Source: Candidatus Daviesbacteria bacterium | GTDB lineage: Bacteria > Patescibacteriota > Microgenomatia > Daviesbacterales > UBA10151 | Assembly: GCA_016187035.1 (NCBI GenBank) | Contig: JACPKL010000008.1 | Span: forward strand, 99,990-163,989 | Reading direction: 5' to 3' | DNA length: 64,000 nt | Shown: positions 59,332 to 64,000 of the stretch, piece by piece | Layout of the letters: each line of letters starts with the position of its first letter | Numbering within the stretch: the stretch's first letter is position 1 | The notes under the pieces: generated by a model | The model's database searches: none | Seen by the model: only the letters and a program-made list of their open reading frames with translations | Told to the model about the DNA's origin: nothing | Position numbers and translations under genes: made by a program

Positions 59332-60818
59332 AGAAAAAAATTATTGTCTTTGATACAACTTTAAGAGATGGTGAGCAGGTGCCGGGTTGCCAGCTGAATA
59401 CTGTTGAGAAAATTGAAGTAGCAGAAAACTTGGAAGATATGGGTGTGGATGTGATAGAGGCAGGTTTTCCCATTTCTTCTCCAGGGGATTTTAATTCTGT
59501 TTCAGAAATTGCTAAAGTAATTAAAAAATCAACAGTCTGCGCTCTGTCACGGGCTGTTGCCAAAGACATTGAAGCAGCCTGGGAAAGTATTAAAAAGGCA
59601 AGAAATCCAAGGATCCATACTTTTATTTCCAGCTCAGATATACATATTAAATACCAGTTTAAATCAACCAGGGAAAAAATATTAGCCCAAGGAGTTGAAG
59701 CAGTGAAACTAGCTAAAAGCTTTTGTGAAGATGTGGAGTTCTCTGCCATGGATGCAGGCAGAACTGGGAATGGGTTTTTAGCCAAATTTATTGAAAGCGT
59801 GATTACAGCAGGAGCGACTACTGTTAACATCCCGGACACAACTGGTTATTGTTTGCCTGATGAGTTTGGCCAAAAAATTAAATTTTTATTTGAAAACGTT
59901 AAAAACATTCATAAAGCTATAGTCTCAGTGCATTGCCATAATGATTTAGGTATGGCTACAGCCAATACCATTTCTGCAGTCCAAAACGGAGCAAGGCAAA
60001 TAGAAGTGACAGTTAATGGTGTCGGAGAAAGGGCAGGCAATACTTCTTTAGAAGAAGCAGTAATGATTATTAAAACAAGACAGCAGTTACACAAGTTTAC
60101 CAATATTGACACTAAAAAGATCTATCCAATCAGCAGATTAGTTTCCCGTTTGATGAGGATGCCGGTGCAGCCAAATAAAGCCATAGTTGGCAGAAATGCT
60201 TTTGCCCATTCATCCGGTATCCATCAGGATGGAGTTTTAAAAAATAAATTTACTTATGAGTTAATAAACCCTTGTGAAGTAGGATTGTCTGAGTCCAGTT
60301 TGGCATTAACAGCCCGCTCCGGACGTTCTGCTTTGAAGCATCATCTGGAAAGGTTAGGATTTAGTATTACTGCTGAAGAGTTGGACGATGTTTATCAGCA
60401 GTTTGTTAGATTAGCTGATCAGAAAAAAGATATTAGCGATGATGACTTAAGGCAAATCATGGGACAAAAACCAAAAGGAGACGGTGCCAGCCTGGAGCTT
60501 TTAGAGGTAGTTTGCGGTAGACCTCTTACTCCAAAGGCAACTGTCAAGCTTTTGATAGAAGGTAAAGAGTATACTGCTACTGCCATAGGTAATGGTCCGG
60601 TTGACGCCACTTTCAAAGCAATTAATAATATTGTCAGGAAAAAAGTGCTGCTTGAGGAATTTTTAATCCAGGCAATTACCAAAGGGTCTGATGATATAGG
60701 GAAAGTGCATATTCAGGTTTCTTACAAGGGGAATTATTATTATGGTTTTGGCACAGATACTGATATTGTGGTTGCTTCGGCCAAAGCTTATTTAAATGTG
60801 TTAAACAAGGTAATATGA
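59328..60818 (+). CDS. leuA: 2-isopropylmalate synthase (or citramalate synthase)
   Basis: [41 protein letters not shown], and a C-terminal LeuA dimerisation/regulatory domain. Confidence 0.85.
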   Translation: MKKKIIVFDTTLRDGEQVPGCQLNTVEKIEVAENLEDMGVDVIEAGFPISSPGDFNSVSEIAKVIKKSTVCALSRAVAKDIEAAWESIKKARNPRIHTFISSSDIHIKYQFKSTREKILAQGVEAVKLAKSFCEDVEFSAMDAGRTGNGFLAKFIESVITAGATTVNIPDTTGYCLPDEFGQKIKFLFENVKNIHKAIVSVHCHNDLGMATANTISAVQNGARQIEVTVNGVGERAGNTSLEEAVMIIKTRQQLHKFTNIDTKKIYPISRLVSRLMRMPVQPNKAIVGRNAFAHSSGIHQDGVLKNKFTYELINPCEVGLSESSLALTARSGRSALKHHLERLGFSITAEELDDVYQQFVRLADQKKDISDDDLRQIMGQKPKGDGASLELLEVVCGRPLTPKATVKLLIEGKEYTATAIGNGPVDATFKAINNIVRKKVLLEEFLIQAITKGSDDIGKVHIQVSYKGNYYYGFGTDTDIVVASAKAYLNVLNKVI

Positions 60819-62536
60819 ATTGTTGCAGGAAATTGAAAATCAGAAGCGGAGAATTGACTGGTACACCTTGTTCTGATAATTGGGTTAAAAGAGCTCCGGC
60901 CCGCTCCATGTTTAGGGCAGTAGGTTTTAAAGATGAAGATTTTAAAAAACCTTTAATTACTGTTGCTTGCCCATACACAAATGCCACTCCCTGCAATGCC
61001 CATATTGAAAGTTTAGGAAAAATAGTTTGTGATGAGGTGGAAAAAACAGGAGGTAAGCCAATTATTTTTGGCACACCTGTGGTAACTGATGGTGAAACAA
61101 TGGGAACCGAAGGAATGAAGTATTCTCTGGTATCAAGGGATTTGATTGCAGACAGCATTGAAATGATGCATGAAGCATATCTGGCTGATGGGATATTAAC
61201 TTTATCCGGATGTGATAAAACAATCCCGGCCAGCTTAATGCCGATTGCCAGGAATAATTCTATTGGCCTGACTTTATACGGGGGAACAATTTTAGCCGGG
61301 TCGTACAAAGGTGAAAGTTTAACTATTGTTTCAACTTTTGAAGCAGTCGGAGCATATTCTGCCGGCAAATTTGATGAGAAAGACTTGTATGAAATAGAAT
61401 GCAGGGCTTGTCCTGGTAATGGGGCATGCGGGGGAATGTATACAGCCAACACCATGGCTTCAGCAATTGAAGCTTTGGGAATGAGTATTCCTTATTCTTC
61501 TTCCCATCCGGCAGTTGATGCAAATAATCAAATCTCGAAGGAAAAAAGAAAAGACTGTGAGCAGTCGGTTAAAACTCTTTTTAATCTTTTAAAAAAAAGA
61601 ATCAGGGCCCGCCAGATCATGACTTTTGAAGCCTTTGAAAATGCAATTACTTTGGTGATGGCTTTAGGCGGTTCAACTAATGCTGTTTTGCATCTCTTGG
61701 CTTTAGCTCATGAAGCAGGTGTGAAATTGAATCTTTCAGATTTTGACAGGATTGCCCAAAAAGTGCCATTAATTGGAGATTTTAAACCTTTTGGTAAATA
61801 TGTGATGGCAGACTTAGATAAAATTGGCGGAGTGCCCGTGGTAATGAAACACCTGTTAGATAATGGGTTAATTAATGGAGATTGTTTGACAGTAACAGGT
61901 AAAACCATAACCGAGAATCTGCAGGATGCTCCTGATTTTCCAAAAGACCAGAAAGTAATTTACTCTTTGGAAAAACCTTTATCAGAAGCAGGCCATCATA
62001 TTAGAATTCTGCATGGTAATTTAGCTAAAGACGGAGCAGTTATAAAATTATCCGGAAAAGAGTTAAAAAGGTTTTCCGGTCCTGCCCGTGTTTTTGAAAG
62101 TGAAGAAAGTGCTTTAGATGCAATCTTGCAGGATAAGATTAAAAAAGGAGATGTAATGATTATAAGATCTGAGGGTCCAAAAGGCGGGCCAGGGATGAGG
62201 GAGATGCTGTCTCCATCAGCTGCTTTGATGGGAAAAGGTTTAGGCAAAGATGTGGTTTTAATTACTGATGGCAGGTTTTCCGGAGGGTCACATGGAATTA
62301 TGATAGGGCATGTTGCGCCGGAAAGTTTTGAAGGGGGTAATATTGCCTTGATAGAAGAAGGAGATAAAATTACCATTAATCTTGATAAATTAACTCTAGA
62401 TTTAGAAGTAGATGAAAAGATACTTCAGCAAAGAAGAAAAAAATGGTCTGCTCCTAAACCCAGATATCAACGGGGCGTCTTGGCAAAATACGCCAGGTTG
62501 GTTTCTTCCGCTTCAAAAGGGGCAGTAACATCCTGA
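60815..62536 (+). CDS. ilvD: dihydroxy-acid dehydratase
   Basis: [58 protein letters not shown]. Confidence 0.9.
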   Translation: MNCCRKLKIRSGELTGTPCSDNWVKRAPARSMFRAVGFKDEDFKKPLITVACPYTNATPCNAHIESLGKIVCDEVEKTGGKPIIFGTPVVTDGETMGTEGMKYSLVSRDLIADSIEMMHEAYLADGILTLSGCDKTIPASLMPIARNNSIGLTLYGGTILAGSYKGESLTIVSTFEAVGAYSAGKFDEKDLYEIECRACPGNGACGGMYTANTMASAIEALGMSIPYSSSHPAVDANNQISKEKRKDCEQSVKTLFNLLKKRIRARQIMTFEAFENAITLVMALGGSTNAVLHLLALAHEAGVKLNLSDFDRIAQKVPLIGDFKPFGKYVMADLDKIGGVPVVMKHLLDNGLINGDCLTVTGKTITENLQDAPDFPKDQKVIYSLEKPLSEAGHHIRILHGNLAKDGAVIKLSGKELKRFSGPARVFESEESALDAILQDKIKKGDVMIIRSEGPKGGPGMREMLSPSAALMGKGLGKDVVLITDGRFSGGSHGIMIGHVAPESFEGGNIALIEEGDKITINLDKLTLDLEVDEKILQQRRKKWSAPKPRYQRGVLAKYARLVSSASKGAVTS

Positions 62537-62588
62537 AACAGCCAAAGAACTTTACTAATTAGAACTCGCACAAAGCCCTTTCGATTCA

Positions 62589-63515
62589 TTAAAATGTTCC
62601 TTCTTTATTCTCAGTTATTGGAGTTGGAAAGTCTTCTTTATTGCATCCTGTTACCTTTTGGTAGCCGAATGTCTTGTTTGACAACCATTTAGCGCTTCGT
62701 ACCAGCACATGATTTATAAATAACTTTTGCTCTCCGGTTAAAGTATAAATATGAAAGGTCATCGATTCACACTCGCTACCTTCAGCCGGAACTGAATAAG
62801 CCATGATTGCATCTTTAGCAGAATTTGTTTTTAGATGGAAAATCCCTTTAGGTAAAGCGGATGATATTATAGCTTTTGTTGTAACATCTAGTATCGAGGG
62901 GGGAACATCCAAGGTCGTTATAAACAATAAAGCATTATCTCCAATCCATGCTGCGTGACCTAAGTCCTTTTGTGATTCTAGTATTTTCTCTCCAGTTACC
63001 TTAAAGACCATAAATGAGGGGACAAAGGTGCCTGTCTTATTAATATAAAATGCTTCGCCAGAAGGAGAAAATTCCATATCCCAGTTATCAAGATAATAAC
63101 CACCCCGCCCGCCTAAAGCTTTATTTAGGAACCATATTTTCTGAATCTCTTTTTCGTCTCTCTTATAAGTATAAACCCCATAATTATCTCTATCATATGA
63201 AGCAGAGAATGCAATGACATTTTGATTAATAGGAGAGATTGTCAGTAATTCTACTTCATTTATCGTATTATCAAGTTCTTTTATTGCAGAGCTTAAATCT
63301 GATTTACTAAAATTATCTATTAGTGTTGTGATGGGTGGAGATTGCAGCGGCATAGGTTGATGGGTAGGGGTAGGATTTGGGGTGGTCTGATTTTGTGCGA
63401 TTTTTGGAGAAGTATTTAAGGTTAAATATCCTTTGTAAAATCCAAAAGCTAAGCTTCCAAAAAACAGACCGAAAAGTAAAATTGCAATAATACTTGAAAA
63501 GCCCTTGTGGTTCAT
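62589..63515 (-). CDS. hypothetical membrane-anchored/exported protein
   Basis: N-terminal TM helix (SSIIAILLFGLFFGSLAFGF), a Pro/Thr/Gln-rich linker, then a roughly 230-aa beta-rich region. No motif recognised. Confidence 0.5.
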   Translation of the reverse strand: MNHKGFSSIIAILLFGLFFGSLAFGFYKGYLTLNTSPKIAQNQTTPNPTPTHQPMPLQSPPITTLIDNFSKSDLSSAIKELDNTINEVELLTISPINQNVIAFSASYDRDNYGVYTYKRDEKEIQKIWFLNKALGGRGGYYLDNWDMEFSPSGEAFYINKTGTFVPSFMVFKVTGEKILESQKDLGHAAWIGDNALLFITTLDVPPSILDVTTKAIISSALPKGIFHLKTNSAKDAIMAYSVPAEGSECESMTFHIYTLTGEQKLFINHVLVRSAKWLSNKTFGYQKVTGCNKEDFPTPITENKEGTF

Positions 63516-63559
63516 ATAATTATTGTTTCAGATATATAATCCAATTGCAAATGATAGTA

Positions 63560-63586
63560 TTGACTTCGGGTTAAATTAGGTATAGT
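63560..63586 (+). promoter_or_regulatory. promoter-like element upstream of the Bro-N-like ORF
   Basis: TTGACT 63560-63565, 15-nt spacer, TATAGT 63581-63586. GTG 63595 is 8 nt downstream. Confidence 0.3.
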
Positions 63587-63594
63587 GTAAATAT

Positions 63595-63951
63595 GTGAAT
63601 ATAGAAGTCGCTATTTTTGAAGGTAAGAAAATACGAAGACACTGGGATGACAAACTCGAGAAATGGTATTTTTCAGTAGTTGATATTGTCCAAGTGTTAA
63701 TCGACCAACCAAATTTCACTAAAGCGAGAAAATATTGGAACAAACTGGCTGAAAGACTTCGTAAAGAAGGAAGTGAGGTGGTGACAAAATGTCACCAACT
63801 GAAATTGCAGGCCGCCGATGGAAAACACTACCTTACTGATGTAGCAGATGTAGAAACAATGCTTAGGATTATTCAATCAATTCTCTCTCCAAATGCCGAG
63901 CCATTTAAATTATGGTTAGCACGTATTGGTAAAGAACAGGGAAGAAGGTAA
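63595..63951 (+). CDS. Bro-N/antirepressor-like domain protein, apparently truncated
   Basis: IFEGKKIRRHWDDKLEKWYFSVVDIVQVL..ARKYWNKL..LKLQAADGK..TDVADVETMLRIIQSI.SPNAEPFKLWLARIG matches the Bro-N family pattern as I recall it. It ends shortly after the domain. Confidence 0.5.
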   Translation: MNIEVAIFEGKKIRRHWDDKLEKWYFSVVDIVQVLIDQPNFTKARKYWNKLAERLRKEGSEVVTKCHQLKLQAADGKHYLTDVADVETMLRIIQSILSPNAEPFKLWLARIGKEQGRR

Positions 63952-64000
63952 CGAGTAAACTTAATGCTAAGAACTTAGGACTTTTATCCGAAAAATCAGA

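Noticed and set aside
59222-61455. Long minus-strand ORFs (205 aa at 59222-59839, 259 aa at 60676-61455) antisense to leuA and ilvD
   Set aside because: They are shadow ORFs of strongly supported plus-strand genes, with low-complexity Ser/Pro/Leu-rich translations and no motifs.

Overview
A 64-kb, gene-dense chromosomal segment from a low-GC bacterium. Genes are short, adjacent genes often overlap by 4 nt, and several enzymes are of the archaeal type. This suggests a reduced-genome uncultivated lineage such as Patescibacteria/CPR, but that is inference only. All gene calls rest on motifs I recognise in the ORF translations; no database search was run. Gene content in order: asd-dapL-lysA (lysine), a VapBC pair, and a dCTP-to-dTMP module (dcd, a dut-like paralog, thyA, folA). 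Next come rpsB-tsf-frr, rseP, and a T-box-controlled proB-like/csaA-like/proS operon. These are followed by tig, HIT, rpsU, yqeY, ybeY, dnaX, glyA-folD, an orphan AAA ATPase, ybaB-recR, cysS, cmk, an M16 peptidase and gdhA. A near-complete purine supercluster follows: purF, N, D, a PurS-PurS-PurL fusion, purQ, guaA, purA, two archaeal-type purP, HAD, purH, B, E, C, prs and purM. The window ends with a suf operon and an ilvE-B-N-C / leuA / ilvD cluster preceded by a leader-peptide attenuator. I found no rRNA, tRNA, CRISPR array, transposase or integrase. The most unusual signal is a modular family of small, locally GC-rich palindromic repeats with at least 14 copies. They sit at gene ends, where they supply stop codons, C-terminal residues or a Shine-Dalgarno. 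They also sit in frame inside conserved genes (cysS, purL, tig). The cysS copy is a 72-nt insertion flanked by a 5-bp direct repeat in the catalytic core. Other notable points are the two cis-regulatory leaders (T-box, ilv attenuator) and operon-head promoters placed 5-11 nt before start codons with no SD, which implies leaderless mRNAs. Tandem purP paralogs also coexist with an intact purH.
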